A stretch of DNA of 64,000 bases, taken from positions 2,976,001-3,040,000 of the forward strand of contig NC_083419.1 in NCBI RefSeq assembly GCF_020745735.1, in the 5' to 3' direction. Position numbers and translations under genes: made by a program. The notes beneath the pieces are model-generated. The model saw only the letters and a program-made list of their open reading frames with translations, ran no database searches and was not told the origin of the DNA. Shown here piece after piece: positions 13,590-27,989 of the stretch (position 1 is the first letter of the stretch; every line of letters begins with the position of its first letter). The DNA comes from Hemiscyllium ocellatum (lineage: Eukaryota).

Positions 13590-14520
13590 TAACGGAACAT
13601 GAGGCTCTTCAGCCCATCGTGTTTACACTGGTGAGACAGCTTCGATCCAATCCAATCTCCAGTTTTTTGGACACTGAGATACCATGGATGCGGACGTATT
13701 CCAAGTGCTTAACTAAATACTTAAATGTTGACAGCAGAGAGTTCTAAGAGAAAGCACTGAATTCGAACCATGAGCCCTGCTTTCTCTCCACAAATGCTGC
13801 CAAACCTGCTGAGTTTCTCCAGCAATTTCTGTTTTTCTCACTTGAATGTTATGATGGTTTCTGCCTCTTCCACTCTTTCCAGCAATGAGTTCCAGGTACC
13901 TCCCCCCACCCAGTGAAAACATGTTTCCTTCAGACTCCTCCAGCCTTCCTATCCTTTACCTGAAACCTGTGGGCCTTGATCCTGACCCCTCAAACAAAGG
14001 GAACGATTTCTCCCTATCTCGTGTCTGTACCCCTCAGAACTTTGTACACCCCAATCAGGTCCGCCAGCCTTCTCTGCTCTAGGGTAAGCAACTTGAGCTT
14101 ATCCAGTCTGTTCCTCCCACCCCCCTCCCTCCCCCAACCGTACCCTCTCTAATGCAATCATAACTTTACTCGAATATGGCGACCAGAACTGCATACATTA
14201 CTTCATTGTGGCTTAACTAAAACAGCTCCATCATAACCTCTCTGCTCTTGCATTCAGTCCCTTGATTAATAAAGGCAAGTAGCCCACACACTCCGCTAGC
14301 CAGCGTACCGACCTGCCCAGTTGCCTTCAAAGATCTGTCGGTGTGCACACACAAAGGTCCTTCTGATCATCTGTACATCCAAACATCATACTATTTGTCA
14401 CGTGGTATTCCCTTACCTATCAATACTCCCACCTGTCTGGATTAAATTTCATTTGCAACTGTTCAGTCCATCTGACTGACCCAACGACACGACTACAGCA
14501 TTCCTCCTTGCTGTTTACCA
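13590..14520 (-). mobile_element. Old CR1-clade LINE fragment with a PLE pLTR remnant inserted at about 13740-13840
   Basis: Remnant of the 'YCVQFWSP' segment (ggcgaccagaactgcatac) and CR1-like 3' end. Confidence 0.65.
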
Positions 14521-14806
14521 TAATACCCCATCAGCTGACCCCCAGTCTGCTGGCAGCCTTCCTGTGAGCAGGGTCCCTTCAAGCTCTGGACTTCCCTCCT
14601 GGCAGCCTTGACAATAGCTGTTCTGGATACAACTCCAGTATCTTTTTCTTCTGCCCTCTAACTGATGCAAAGGATTTTCATAAAGAGCAAGAAACAGGTC
14701 TTCATACCTTCCAAAACAGTGGGAGATGATAAATATTCAATTTAAAACAGTTATTGCAATCTCCGCAATTATTTTACACCTTTTACCTAGTAACGTATCA
14801 CAAGGT

Positions 14807-15095
14807 GGGCGGCACGGTGGCACAGTGGTTAGCACTGCTGCCTCACAGCATCAGGGACCCGGGTTCAATTCCTGCCTCAGGCGACTGACTGTATCTGCGT
14901 GGGTTTCCTCCGGGTGCTCCGATTTCCTCCCACAGTCCAAAGATGTGCGGGTCAGGTGAATTGGCCATGCTAAATTGCTCCTGGTGTTAGGTAAGGGGTA
15001 AATGTAGGGGAATGGGTGGGTTGCGCTTCGGCGGGTCGGTGTGGACTTGTTGGGCTGAAGGGCCTGTTTCCACATTGTAAGTAATCTAATCTAAA
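14807..15095 (+). mobile_element. HE1-type (V-SINE) tRNA-derived SINE
   Basis: ggcggcacggtggcacagtggttagcactg head with B-box ggttcaattcc. CR1-derived tail gaagggcctgtttccac and (TAATC)n end. Short TSD aaggt. Confidence 0.93.
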
Positions 15096-15154
15096 AAGGT
15101 GGTATTTTGCCAAAGCCATGGGGTGTAAAGAGCATTATGAAGAAAGCAATGAGA

Positions 15155-15390
15155 GCACCACCACCCTTTAAGGCACTCACCATCCTGATTTGGAAATACA
15201 GCACCGTTCCTTCACTGTCTCTGGGTCAAAGTTCTGGAATTCCCTCCCTAAGGATATTGTGGGTCTAACCCACAGCACATGGACCGCAGTAGTTCAAGAC
15301 GACAGCTCACCCTCACCTTCTCAAGGGGCAACTAGGGACAGGCAATAAAATGCTGGTCCAGCCAGTGACACCCACATTGTATGAACAAAT
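15155..15390 (+). mobile_element. 3' end of a second LINE family (CR1/L2 group); other copies at 19250-19780, 20820-21200(-), 30680-30930, 42800-43310, 59860-60110
   Basis: Shared tail cactcaccatcctgacttggaaatatatcgccgttccttca...ggactgcagcggttcaag...gggcaataaatgctgg. Confidence 0.8.
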
Positions 15391-16959
15391 GACAAAGAGA
15401 GGTAGACAGGGGCTAATGAGAGACTCTGACAATTCCTGGTCATTGGGTGTTTAGTGAGCAAAATCCAGAGCTTCCAGCAACTGAAGACACGGCAGCCATT
15501 GGGCAGGGCTCAGATCTCCGAGGGTCACACCAACATACAAATTTGGAGTAGGACTAGGTGTTTTGGCCATTAGAGCCCACTCCACCATTCAGTGAGATCA
15601 CAGCCGATCAGACTGTACTCTCAACTCCACTTTGCTGACTGTCCCGAGTGCCTTCCATTGAAAAACGCATTGGACTTGACTTTAAAAATATCTAAAGAGC
15701 CCGTCTCCGTTGCTCTTGGGCTGGGAGCGCTCCAGACACTGCCAACCCGCTGACAGAAAACATATGTTACCATCGCCTTCTATTTAAACATGTTCCCTGC
15801 GCCTAGTCTTTCCCACAAAGGAAAGCATCAGGCAGAGAAATGAAGCTGTGGAGGGATCAGAAAGTCAAAATTCAAACCACATGACAAGACAACCCGAGTG
15901 GAAACACGGCAAAGCATAACTCCATAACTTTACAAATTGCCCAGGGGATTAAGAAAAATATAGTGGATGGGCAAGGAAAGAACAACAAGACTGAAGTAAG
16001 TGGCAAAAAAGCGAGTGTCAAGATGGAAACACTTTGCAAAACCAGGGGACTGGCTGCCCTCTGAAATAGGCGACTGTGTGTCTTAGTTACCAAACACATC
16101 CCAAAGGACCCAGGGCTGACTGGAGAGCTCTCAGAAAGAGCTAACACAGGCATTATGGGCTGGATGACTTCCTTCTGTGTAAGAGCTTCCCAAACATTTT
16201 CACCGTGACCCCGCTGGGAAGATTGAATGTTCTCGGAATCCCAAGCCCAAGTTCATAGAGACTCAGAGTCACAGAGATGTACAGCATGGAAACAGACCCT
16301 TCAGTCCAACCTGTCCCATGCTGACCAGATATCCTAAATCAACCTAGTCCCATTTGCCAGCACTTGGCCCATATCCCTCTAAACCCTTCCTGCACAGGAG
16401 TTGGTTTTAATTTGAGAGCATGGAATGCAATACACCCTCAGACACCATCATTGTGCTTCTCACTCTCACACACACTCACTTACCCTCTGTCACCACACTC
16501 TCCTCTCTCTCTAGTCCCTTTTGTACATATTTGCTTACTCAAATTCTCAGTCCCCAAATATCATACTTTCATTTAATCAAATCCTTCATGCTAGCTCACT
16601 CACAATGTTACTCTTGCTCTGTCACACCCACTCTCTACCCCACATTTACTCCCTGACACAGTCAGAGATACTCCCTCTTGCTGTCACACATAACTCATTT
16701 ATCCTCTCGCAGACGTACACTCATTCTCACATTTGCTACCAGGTTACAACAGGCAGTGGTCACTGGCAGGGTCAGGTGTTGGGGGTTCAGGGTAGGGGAT
16801 TGGAATTGTACACCTATTCTCAGTCACACTAAACTCTCAGGGTACAACAGCTCCAGAACACTGACAAAACAGCACAAGACAGGAGGCAGGCAAGTCTTTG
16901 TAGAATCTGAATGGGCCAATGATTTATTGTTGTGCAACACTACAGCAAATCACTGGCTG

Positions 16960-17056
16960 CTTGGCCTGTCAATGGGGAAGGCTATGTCCAGGGAGGACAG
17001 TCAGTAGCTACTTGGCCTGTCAATGGGGAAGGCCTGGTCCAGGGAGGACAGTCAGT
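16960..17056. repeat. 51-bp tandem duplication
   Basis: cttggcctgtcaatggggaaggc...gtccagggaggacagtcagt at 16960 and 17011. Confidence 0.9.
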
Positions 17057-18427
17057 TCCCAGGGAAGCCAGATTGAGAAAGCTTGTCCAAAGAGCCCACC
17101 CTGACGTTGAGTATGTTGCAGCCACTGTACTGTATCCCACAGTAACCATGAACCCTCAGACCCTCCTCACACCCAACTCCAAATTTCATTCGCCGATCTC
17201 AGTGGGGGTTGTGAAGCCTTCCTCGATGTTGTTTGCTACAAAGACTGAAAGGAGAGGAGCCTCTTTCACCTGACCAAGACATTCATCCTATTGAACCCCA
17301 AACAGAGTGGAAACTTTGAAAAGACACCCAATTTTATACTGTTTGCTCCAATTGAGGAACCAAATTATCTAAGGTTTACTGAAACTACAAAGATGCATCT
17401 GCTCAACTGAAAGACTGAGGCTTAATAGCAATGCTAGTCATCCATAGATTAAAAACAACTTATTTCTGTTTCAGAATGTGCACAAGTGCAACTTACTTCA
17501 GACTTTCAATGTTTTTTGGCAACTCTCCTCCATGATAATTCAAGAAAAACAGAAGATTCTCACAGAGGTTTTCAAATAAGCCAAGACCAGGTGGTGAGCT
17601 ACAGACTCAACCTCTCATTGGACATTGCAAGCTGCAAAGCTCCACAAGTCAACAGTAAGAAAATGCTCACTAATTTTGGGAAATGTTTGTTTACTGTTAA
17701 ATCCTAACTGGTCACATGACCTGAAAAAAATCCACATCAGAGCAGTTCAGGACAATGTTCCTCAATCACCATATTGGCTTGTGCCGATTATCCATCAGCA
17801 TCATCTCTGCAGATAAACAAGATCCTGGAGTCATCGTGTGGTCATTAAACATCCACTTTCTCAGTCCACATTTCCCTGCACATGGCCTGTACCTTTATTT
17901 GCTACGGCATTTCAAGGGCTCATCTGAATGTTTCTTAAAGTGCCTTTAGGGTTTTTACTGCCATCACCCTTTTAGGCAGCACGTTCCAAATACCCTCCAC
18001 CCTGTGTGTGAAACTTTTCCTCAAACCCCCTCAAAACGTCCTATTTACTTGAAGGCCATGCCCTCATTATGGACTAAAGGAAAACGTTTCTCCCTATCTA
18101 GGCCCCTGACAACTTTGCACACTTGAATCAGACCTTCCTCAGCCTTCCCTTTCCAAGCAAAACAACACCAGCCTGTCTAGTCTCTCTCTTCACAGCTGAA
18201 CACTCCAGGTAGTGTGTTCATGGATGTCCTCTGAACCCTCTCTAGTACAATCCCATACTGCCAATGTGTAACAATGTGTGCTAGCCGCAGGATCATATCT
18301 GTGCATGGCTGGGAGGGGGAGTGAGAGTCACACATTAGCTTTAATGAGCAGCACTCCAGCCCTGGAACTGAAGGTCTCAGCTTCAAATCTCACTCCAATT
18401 ACTTGAGAATGAAACCAAAATCTTTGG

Positions 18428-18955
18428 ACAGACCGCACTTGGAATACTGCATCCAGTTCTGGTCGCCCGATTATAGGAAAGATGTGGATGCTTAGGAGAG
18501 GGTTCAGAGGAGGTTTACCAGGATGCTGCCTGGACTGGAGGGCTTACCTTATGAAGAGACGTTGACTGAGCTCGGACTTTTTTCATTGGAGAAAAGGAGG
18601 AGGAGAGGGGACCTAATTGAGGTATACAAGATAATGAGAGGCATAGATAGAGTCAATAGCCAGGGACTATTTCCCAGGGCAGAAATGACTAACACGAGGG
18701 GTCATAGTTTTAAGCTGGTTGGAGGAAAGTATAGAGGGGATGTCAGAGGTGGGTTCTTTACACAGAGTTGTGAGAGCACGGAATGTGTCGCCAGCAGCTG
18801 TTGTGGAAACGAGGTCATTGGGGACATTTAAGAGAGTTCTGGACATGCATATGGTCACAGAAATTTGAGGGTGTATACATGAGGATCAGTGGTCGGCACA
18901 ACATCGTGGGCTGAAGGGCCTGTTCTGTGCTGTACTGTATTATTCGATGTTCAAA
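18428..18955 (+). mobile_element. CR1-clade LINE 3' fragment (different subfamily)
   Basis: RPHLEYCIQFWSP followed by ORF 18523..18831 (LGLFSLEKRRRRGDLIEVYKIM...TRGH). Confidence 0.92.
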
Positions 18956-19530
18956 GTTAACGTCCCCAATCTCCTCACCTCCAGCAGTCTGTCCATGAGA
19001 ATAACTTTCCTCGATTCTGGCTTCAGCCATTCCCAACGCTTCACTTTTGGAAAGGTTTCAAATGGATGGGGAATTGAACACAGCTCCATCAGCTCTTTCA
19101 GCTGGACATCAGGATCTTATGGCCTCAATAAGGGCACTATTTTGAAGAATAGGGAGGGGTTCCTGGCCAATATCCGTCCAACATTATGAAAACAAATTAT
19201 CAAGTTATTACAACATGGCTCTTGATGGGAGATTGGCATACGCCAAGTTGTGTACAAAGATCCTCAAACCGCACTTCCCAAACCACAGCCACTACCATCT
19301 AGAAGGACAAGGGCAGCAGATCCATGGGAACACCACCCCCTGCAAGTTCCCCTCCAAGGTACTCACCATCCTGACTTGAAAATACATCGCCATTCCTTCA
19401 CTATCACTGGGTCAAAACCTGGTAATCTCCTCCCTCAGGGCATTGTGGGTCTACCTACAGCACATGGACTGCAGCGGTTCAAGAAGGCAGCTCTCACCCC
19501 CCACCTTCTCAAGGGGCAATAAATGCTGGG

Positions 19531-19726
19531 AGAAAGTGAGGACTGAAGATGCTGGAGATCAGAGCTTAAAAATGTGTTGCTGGAAAAGTGCAACAGGTCA
19601 TGCAGCATCAAAGGAACAGGAAAATTGACATTTTGGGCTTAAGAAGGTCTTATACCAGAAATATCGATTCTCCTGCTCCTTTGATGCTGCCTGACCTGCT
19701 GCGCTTTTCCAGCAACACATTTTTAA
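19531..19726. mobile_element. PLE-derived palindromic insertion, 15-bp TSD
   Basis: Inverted arms. TSD gcaataaatgctggg (19516-19530) / gcaataaatactggg (19727-19741). Confidence 0.88.
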
Positions 19727-22119
19727 GCAATAAATACTGGGCCCAGTCAGCAACGCCCACATCCCACAAATGAATGTTTAAATTTTAAAATCTGGACATG
19801 ACAACAATCTTGACACTTCCAAAATCACCTCACAGCGAAGTGTTTTGCAGATGGCATAAAAAGCTGCTACTGAGAAGCAAGCTCCCCAGTTTTGGAGGGA
19901 GGAACTGGAAGACATCATTTTCAGTCAAGATCCCGAGTTAAGAATTCTGGTGAAATTTGAGAATTTGGCACATACATTCTAAAGGAATCTGAGACATGCC
20001 TGGAATAAACTGGTGTTTGACACGATGTAGAACAATGCTGAGTATGGAGGGGAAGATAAACTATCTTCAGAGTTATAAAAAGAAACTCTCTTGCCACGAT
20101 GTTGTGTTTTGAACTACGTAATAACCAGGTTGCAACGTAAACCTTGTATCATTTTACCTTTTCCAGATGAGACACATTAGGAGGGGGTTTAGGTATAAAC
20201 CAGACCCAGGTTAACGAACTAAATAACCTCTGATTCTATAAATAGTTCTCATCACGTCTCACAGCTGGAACAGCATGAACCATGATTTTACATAATTGGA
20301 AAACTGCTGTAAGTCTCTCAGGTTCTGCATGGCCGGGAAGGTCAGGGAAACCTGACCATTCCTTCAGAGGGAGCAGAATATTTGCAATCTGCTCAAACTT
20401 TCTCTAGCAGGCTTTAAGAGAAGGTTTTAACACACTATTACCTTTTCTGCTGGTCGTTCTGTTCATCTGGTGACATTCTGTAGCTGGACTGATCGAGGGT
20501 GAACAGTCAGTCCTGTGTTTATAGACGACCCAACACGTTGACAAATTATACCAAAGCAGGAAATAGTGAATAACGTGCATGGCCTAGAAATACCTGTAAT
20601 CCACCAGGTCAGGCATGTTATACCAGTCTCAGGATTTGGGGAAGCTATTTAGGGCTGAGATGAGGAAATACTTTACCATTTAAGGAGTAGTGAACCCATG
20701 AAATTTTCTGCAACAGTAGGATGCGGAGGCCAAGTGACTGAATATATTTGCGAAAGGGGAGATAAATTTTTGAAGTTTTTTAACACGGGGAGAAACCAGG
20801 AACTTTTTTTTTGCTCATCACTAGTTGCCCCTTAAGGTGAGGGTGAGCTGTCTTCATGAACTGCTGCAGTCCATGGGCTGTAGGGAGACCCACAATGCCC
20901 TTAGGGAGAGATTTTGATCCAGTGACAGTGAAGGAACCATGATATATTTCCAAGTCAGGATGGTGAGTGGTTTGGAGGGGACCTTGCAGGTGTTCCCATT
21001 TATCACCTGATCTTGCCCTTCTAGAAGTGGTTGTGGATTTGGAAGGTGCTGTCTGAGGATCTTTGGTGAATTCCTGCTGTGCATCTCATAGATAGAACAC
21101 GCTGCTGCAAGTGAGCATCGGTGGTAGAGGGACTGGGTGTTTGTGGATGGAGGGCTTTGTCTTGGATGGTATCAGGCTTCGAGTCTTGTTGGTGCTGAAC
21201 ACAGTTAAAGATGGACTACAGAAGTTGGTCCAATGAGTGAGAACCAAAGTCCAGTAAAGGACTACATAAAAGATAAATAAATGGGAGTGTGTATTTGCAG
21301 CAAGACCTCTATATATCTTTGTATATTTTTGTATAGAAGGAGCATGGGAACAATCGGATGTGGCAGGTGGTGAACAGTTAGGTACAAATCAATTTCCAAT
21401 CAGAATTAATGAACAAAGTCAGAGCTTCTCGGGTTCACAAAACATACACACAAGATTCTGCCTGGATCACCTGGAAAACATTCAATGGCCAAATCACCGT
21501 TTTCAGATTGCATTGATCCCCATACTTACATAAAGCCAATGAACCAAAGAACTCTTAATGAAAGAGCAAGGCAGTAGAAGGGAATCGACAGCCCCACAAA
21601 CAGGTTGGGTGGACGGTCTCCGAGCTCACTCTAGGATAGTACACATTCAGCTTTCTCTAAATCTGACACTACTCCCATGGAAGCACCAAGAACTTTTCAA
21701 TTTGAGCAAAGCTCTTCTGAATTTTGTTTTAATGATTTGTTTTGACCACATTTATACCCACCCCCTCACCGGAATCCTGCCTGTGACATTGCTGCAATTA
21801 TTCCCTTTCGACTTCGAATAGCAGACTTCTGGCACAGAAAGCTCAGATGAAGCAAGAGTCAAAACAAGGAGAGATTGCGTCAAGTTAATATTGCTCATGA
21901 AGAAACATCAAAAAAGGCTCATTAACCTAAATCTCGGGGAGTGCTGCACTGTCAGGGCATGCTGGCTTTTCAATGAGATGTTAAACTGAGGCCCACCTGA
22001 CCTCTGCAAGGTGGATTCAGAGTAAGCCCCGGGATACAAGAGTGGGGGACGTCCTTCAGAACTAACATCACAATAACAGACGCTTGGTTATCACCGCATT
22101 TCTATTCATGGGATTCGAT

Positions 22120-22392
22120 TCCCTATAGTGTGGAAACAGGCCATTTGGCCCAACAAGTCCTCCAAAGAGTAACCCACCCAGACCCATTGCCCTCTGACTA
22201 ATGCTAAACTGTCCATAGTGTTAGGTGCATGGCCAATTCACTTGACCTGCACATCTTTGGACTGTGGGAGGAAACCCACGCAGACACTGAGAATGTGAAA
22301 ACTCCACACAGACAGTCACTCGAGGCTGGAATTGAACCCGGGACCCTGACACTGTGAGGCAGCATTGCTAACCACTGAGCCACCGTGCCACC
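22120..22392 (-). mobile_element. HE1-like SINE (older); similar copies at 25048-25342(-), 32128-32330(+), 34950-35200(-), 55185-55280(-)
   Basis: Reverse-complement HE1 head (ctaaccactgagccaccgtgcc), core and tail. Confidence 0.85.
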
Positions 22393-22628
22393 AGATCTTG
22401 TAACATGCAAATTAGTAGCTGTGCGTCTCTTGCAAAAACAATAACGACTTTGTAAGCACACCTCCAACTCTGAAGCACTTTGATACATCCTGAGATCACA
22501 AAAATGCTCCATAAATACATGAGTGTCTTTACCTCAGAGAAAAATGGGAATGAAGAGGATATAATAGCAGGGATGGCTGGATAGGAGATGGAATCCTGTT
22601 GGCTAATACAGGTTAGGAACAGAAACAG

Positions 22629-22830
22629 GAGAAAGTGAGGACTGCAGATGCTGGAGATCAGAGCTGAAAATGTGTTGCTGGGAAAGTGCAGCAGGTCAGG
22701 CAGCATCCAAGGAGCAGGAGATTCGACGTTTTGGGCATGGGCCCTGAAGGGCTTATATCCGAAACGCTGATTCTCCTGCTCCTTGGATGCTGCCTGACCT
22801 GCTGCGCTTTTCCAGCAACACATTTTCAGC
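22629..22830. mobile_element. PLE-derived palindromic insertion, 15-bp TSD
   Basis: Arms agctgaaaatgtgttgctgg.../...ccagcaacacattttcagct. TSD taggaacagaaacag (22614-22628) / taggaacaaaaacag (22831-22845). Confidence 0.9.
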
Positions 22831-23422
22831 TAGGAACAAAAACAGTCAAGCACAGAAATGGTCTTTAAAAATCTGCAACATGGAGAGAGAGAGAAAAGAA
22901 AGAGGTGGCTATAGGAATTCTGATCACGGTCTCTTTTCCTGACATTTCAATATTTGGGAACAATTTCACTTTGTCTGAAATAACCTGATGCAGTAAAGGA
23001 GGGACATAGTTGCTTCTTGCTCAATGCAAATTGAAACCTTTTGGAAGAACCGTGATTTCAAAACATAAATTACACATAACTAAATAATGTGAAATAATTC
23101 CAACTTCCTATCAATGGGCTTTGGCATAGTTCATAAGAACTTGCCAAGGAATACAACAGTCCTAATAAGGAAATAAGTTCAGTGTCCAGGCTCTTTAACT
23201 GTTTTAATGCTAGATGTTCTCTGCAGTTTGGAAACCACATGAACATTCAGTACATACCTAATTACCAGACCCAGTACTGACAGACTCAAGATGCTAATGC
23301 TGAAAACTGAAAAGAATGATCCCCTTTTGTTTTGATTTAGAAAACCCTTCTTTATATTTCAGGAAATCACTTCCTGAAATGATTTGATAGTAAAGCTGCA
23401 CATTGTAAAATATTCTGATCAG

Positions 23423-24330
23423 AAGTCTGCAGATGACACCAAAATTGGAGGTGTAGTGGACAGCGAAGAGGGTTAACTCAGATTACAACAGGATATGGGC
23501 CAATGGGCTGAGAAGTGGCAGATGGAGTTTAATTTAGATAAATGAGAGGTGCTGCATTTGGGAAAGCAAATCTTAGCAGGACTTATACACTTAATGGTAA
23601 GGTCCTAGGGAGTGTTGCTGAACAAAGAGACCTTGGAGTGCAGGTTCATAGCTCCTTGAAAGTAGAGTCACAGGTATATAGGATAGTGAAGAAGGTGTTT
23701 GGTATGCTTTCCTTTATTGGTCAGAGTATTGAGTACAGGAGTTGGGAGGTCATGTTGTGGCTGTACAAAACATTGGTTAGGCCACTGTTGGAATATTGCA
23801 TGCAATTCTGGTCTCCTTCCTATTGGAAAGATGTTGTGAAATTTGAAAGGGTTCAGAAAAGATTTATAAGGATGTTGCCAGGATTGGAGGATTTGAGCTA
23901 CAGGGAGAGGCTGAACAGGCTGGGGCTGTTTTCCCTGGAGCGCCGGACGCTGAGGGGTGACCTTATAGAGGTTTACAAAATAATGAGGGGCATGGATAGG
24001 GTAAATAGGCAAAGTCTCTTCCCTGGGGTCGGGGAGTCCAGAACTAGAGGGCATAGGTTGAGGGTGAGAGAGCAAAGATATAAGAGACCTAGGGGCAACT
24101 CTTTCACACAGAGGGTGGTACGTGTATGGAATGAGCTGCCAGAGGATGTGGTGGAAGCTGGTACAATTGCAACATTTAAGAGGCATTTGGATGGGTATAT
24201 GAATAGGAAGGGTTTGGAGGGATATGGGCCGGGTGCTGGTAGGTGGGACTAGATTGGGTTAGGATATCTGCTCGGCATGGATGGGTTCGACCGGAGGATC
24301 TCTTTCCATGATATACATGTCTATGACTAT
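23423..24330 (+). mobile_element. HER1/CR1-type LINE, 5'-truncated
   Basis: ADDTKIGG then ORF 23542..24252 (RT C-terminus) and the 3' tail. Confidence 0.95.
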
Positions 24331-27300
24331 GAATCTAATACATCCAAGGACAAAAAATAAGTTGTCTGCTTTTAGACATGCAACACTTACTGAACAATCC
24401 TTACTGGGTGCAAAGCTACATTAACAACTGATTGAAGGTAATCAATGAATCCCATACTGTCATACTCAGGGCTGCTTCCTGTAAAGTAAAGGAATATGCT
24501 CAAAACATGCACTTATTTTATTCAGGAGCTCAGCAAGTTCCCCAGTGCTTTCTCCATGGTGCGGTTTTGGCCAATCAGAACTGACCTGCTAGCCAATGAG
24601 CAGGCTTTTCTCCCACACCGAGATTGTCCGAATTGCTGTGATGGCCTGAAAGTTGCCATCCCTCCTTTCACCTTGATGAAAGGTTTCAGCAGCACAACTT
24701 CATTTCCAGCAGTAACCAGTTAAATGTTTTTGTGAAGGTGGTTGAAAATACGAGGCGGCCAGCTGCTGGTCGTAGGACAGCATTAGTTCACTGCATTAGC
24801 AACACAGAACTCCAGCTAAATGCTCGACAGACATGGGGTTCCAGTCCAACCCTGACAGATGATTAGATTTGAATTCAATAGAATTGTGGAAATGAAAAGC
24901 TCATCTTAAAGTGACCAGTTTCGATGTTTGGAACAACCAGTCTGGTTCACGAAGATCCTTTAGGGATGGATCTGCCATCCTTACCCGGTCTGGCCTAACT
25001 GTGACTCCAGACCCACAGCAATGTGGTTGATTCATTGAATCCCCAGAGGTGTGGAAATAGGCCACTCAGCCCACACTGATCCTCCAAACAGCATACCACC
25101 CAGACCCACCTCTCTATCCTATGCCTGTAACCCTGCATTTCCCATGGGTAAGATAACAAGCCTACATGCCCCTAGACACTGTGAGCAATTTCACCTGGCC
25201 AACCCACCTAACCTGCACATCTCTGAATTATGGGAGGAGCACCCGGAGAAAACCCAAGCAGAATGTACAAACCTGGGGGTGGAATCGAACCCAGGTCCTT
25301 GGTGCTGAGAGACAGCAGTGCTAACCACTGAGCCACCGTGCCATTAAGGATGTCCTGAGCAATTAGCAATGCACTTAAACACTGGCCAATGACGCCCATA
25401 TCCGTGAAAAAAGTCAGAAACCACTGGGAGACGTCTTTGCTTTCCCCTGAACAACTATTTCTGTGAAGCAGAGTGCTCAGAGTCTCAAAGCAAGAGGAAG
25501 AGTTTCCAGGTCAATCTGAATATCCTGGAAATCTGCAAAAAAATGCTGCAAGAATTATTAGAATCTCCTTATTTTTAAATATTTGCATGACTTCAACTAA
25601 ATTTACAATATTTGTGCGTGCGTTGAATAACGTACTGACAGCATCTGATTTACGGACACACTGTCCAATCTTGCCAAATACAATTTTCACGGTCATAAAT
25701 CACAGCTGAACATGTACACAAACATGGTTAGGGCATTTCCTAATTTACACTGGTGACATTTTAAAATCCGTAATATGCTCAGGGACATCCAGCAACGGTT
25801 TGTGGAAGGGTTTTCACTATTTAAAACTAAAGAGAAAAGTATGACAGATTAAGCAGTTATCATTTTTTTAAATCTGTGTATTTATGGGAAGTATGCAGAA
25901 ATAAACAACATGTTAATGTTATCCTGTAATCATCTGGACAGCATGGAACTCTGTCCAGTGTCATGTGACGAAGCAACCACACAACATTCGGAGGTTATAG
26001 ACGATAAAAACAGCAGCAACTGGCTCCCGCTGTCTGAGGATCACAGGGCCAGCCAACCTTCTCCCAGCAAGGCACACAGTGGCAGACATCACCTGCAACA
26101 GAGCTACGCAGAGAAACTACACTGGGTCAAGACAGAGAGAGAAATCAAACCAAATCCCAACCCATTACTCCACAAAACACAAGCTGCAGCTGCACTGGAC
26201 TTGAACATTCACTACCAGAAAACAGGCCCCACACACTGACATACACCTGGTCATAAACATTAACAAAACCACTTCCTCAACATCTCCAGTTATGGTTTTG
26301 GAAGTAAAACAGCAGGTTCAAGGGTCTTTCCAAATGAGGGGGGACAGTCACACTTACAGATGTAGTGGCTTAGTGCAGTTCCATGTTCCAGTTGGGAAAG
26401 GGAGTCTGTACAATATATCCGTCCACATGTCTCTCAGCTGGTGGTGGTGGTGGTGGTGGTGGTGAATGGTCAGTAATGTCACTGGGCGAGTAATACAGAA
26501 AACCAGGCTAACGCCCTCGGCTCATGGGTTTAAATTCCACCTCAGCGGACAGTGAAACCCGAATTCAAGCAGAGATAGAGTGAAGAGGAATGTTTCATTA
26601 TAGGAGACAAGAGAAGCAGAAGAGGACAAAGTGGACCCTGCAGCTATATCTGGCAGGTCCAAAGGATCGCGCTGCCCTCCTGGTGCCAGAGGGTGGGGAG
26701 TGAGAAGGGACGATCAAACTTGTTAGTGAAATGTAGAAAGCCAGACTAACAGGAGGTTATTTCTCCCTTGGAGGCTGCTCTGCCATTAATGGGATCACAG
26801 CTGATATTCTAACTTAATTCATTAGCTAATCTCATGGCAACATGTAACTACTGAGGATTATAATAAAAGCCAGTCAGACAGCTGCTCGGTTTGGTCTCAC
26901 TGTGAACTCCAGCCCACCCAGTCTTGGATCCATAATCCTCAAAACCACCTTCAACAAAAAGCAATAATCTCAGTTTTGAAATTTCCAACTGATACACTGT
27001 GTTAAAGTTTCCCACAGCAAGAACCCCAGACTTCCATAACCCCTGGATGCGATCAACTTGATCAGCTTCACTTAGAGTACAACAGCTCCATTTCCACTGC
27101 ACCTTAAATTTGGGAAGACTGCTGGTACTGTGCAGATTAAAGCAAAGTAAATTAAAGGGCAGGACTTGCAGCCAGGCAACCAAAGGATTAGATGAAATTC
27201 CAAAGTTTCAGTTCTGGATAACCGAAGCCACAGACCTGAGAAATGGGGCAGAGGTAGGATTGGAAGGCAGTCTGGAGAGACTCCCTCCATACCAACATGG

Positions 27301-27989
27301 TCCAATCAGAGTTGGCCATGGATTACATGCAAGTTACTTTCTTTAGCTCAAACCTGTTGTCTTCCACTGTCATAAGGGCCCACACCAGGCAAAGGTCAGC
27401 GTTGATTCAACATTTCCTCTAATCTCATCTATCCCAAGCAGGGATACAGTGATCCTAAAGTTTACAGCTTTATTTATCAGCGACTCAATGAACTACACAA
27501 ATCAAAGCCCTATCCCACTGCCGAACTCAAAAATTACTAGCACAAGAAACAGCAGAACTGAGTACCCCAGGTCAAGTGGGTCAGATCAGCAGGTCAAAAT
27601 GTTGAGGCATATTTGCCTTAAATATGCTGCATTCTAACCAAGTGCAATGATGACAGTGATAAATCAAACATCAAAACTTACAGAATTAAATGCACATGAC
27701 AATCAGAATCCATTCTCTCCGACTCTTGGCAAGGGTTTCTCAATTAGTCACAGAGTAGGAGCACAGCGTGGAGATGGAGGTGAGCTGGGCAGGAATGGAA
27801 AGCAGGGCTAAGACAGGTGCTTGCTCTGGCTGGGAATCCCATTGAGAAGGGAATTCCAGGGACTGCGGTTGGAATCTTTTACAGCCTCCGGGGTTGGTGA
27901 ATGTCCTTTTTTCTCTAAGCTAGGAAGCTTGCTGTTATTTTAGCTGTGCAAATTAGTGACTAATTGACAAATGAATCAAATAATATTAG

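Noticed and set aside
14807-14880. tRNA genes at SINE heads (also 10540, 43335, 62353)
   Set aside because: A/B boxes are present but continue into SINE core and tail, with no convincing cloverleaf.
22629-22830. DNA-transposon MITE interpretation of the palindromes
   Set aside because: The arms are asymmetric, TSDs are long and variable, and closely related sequence forms the 3' end of GIY-YIG-coding PLE fragments at 8350 and 54366.
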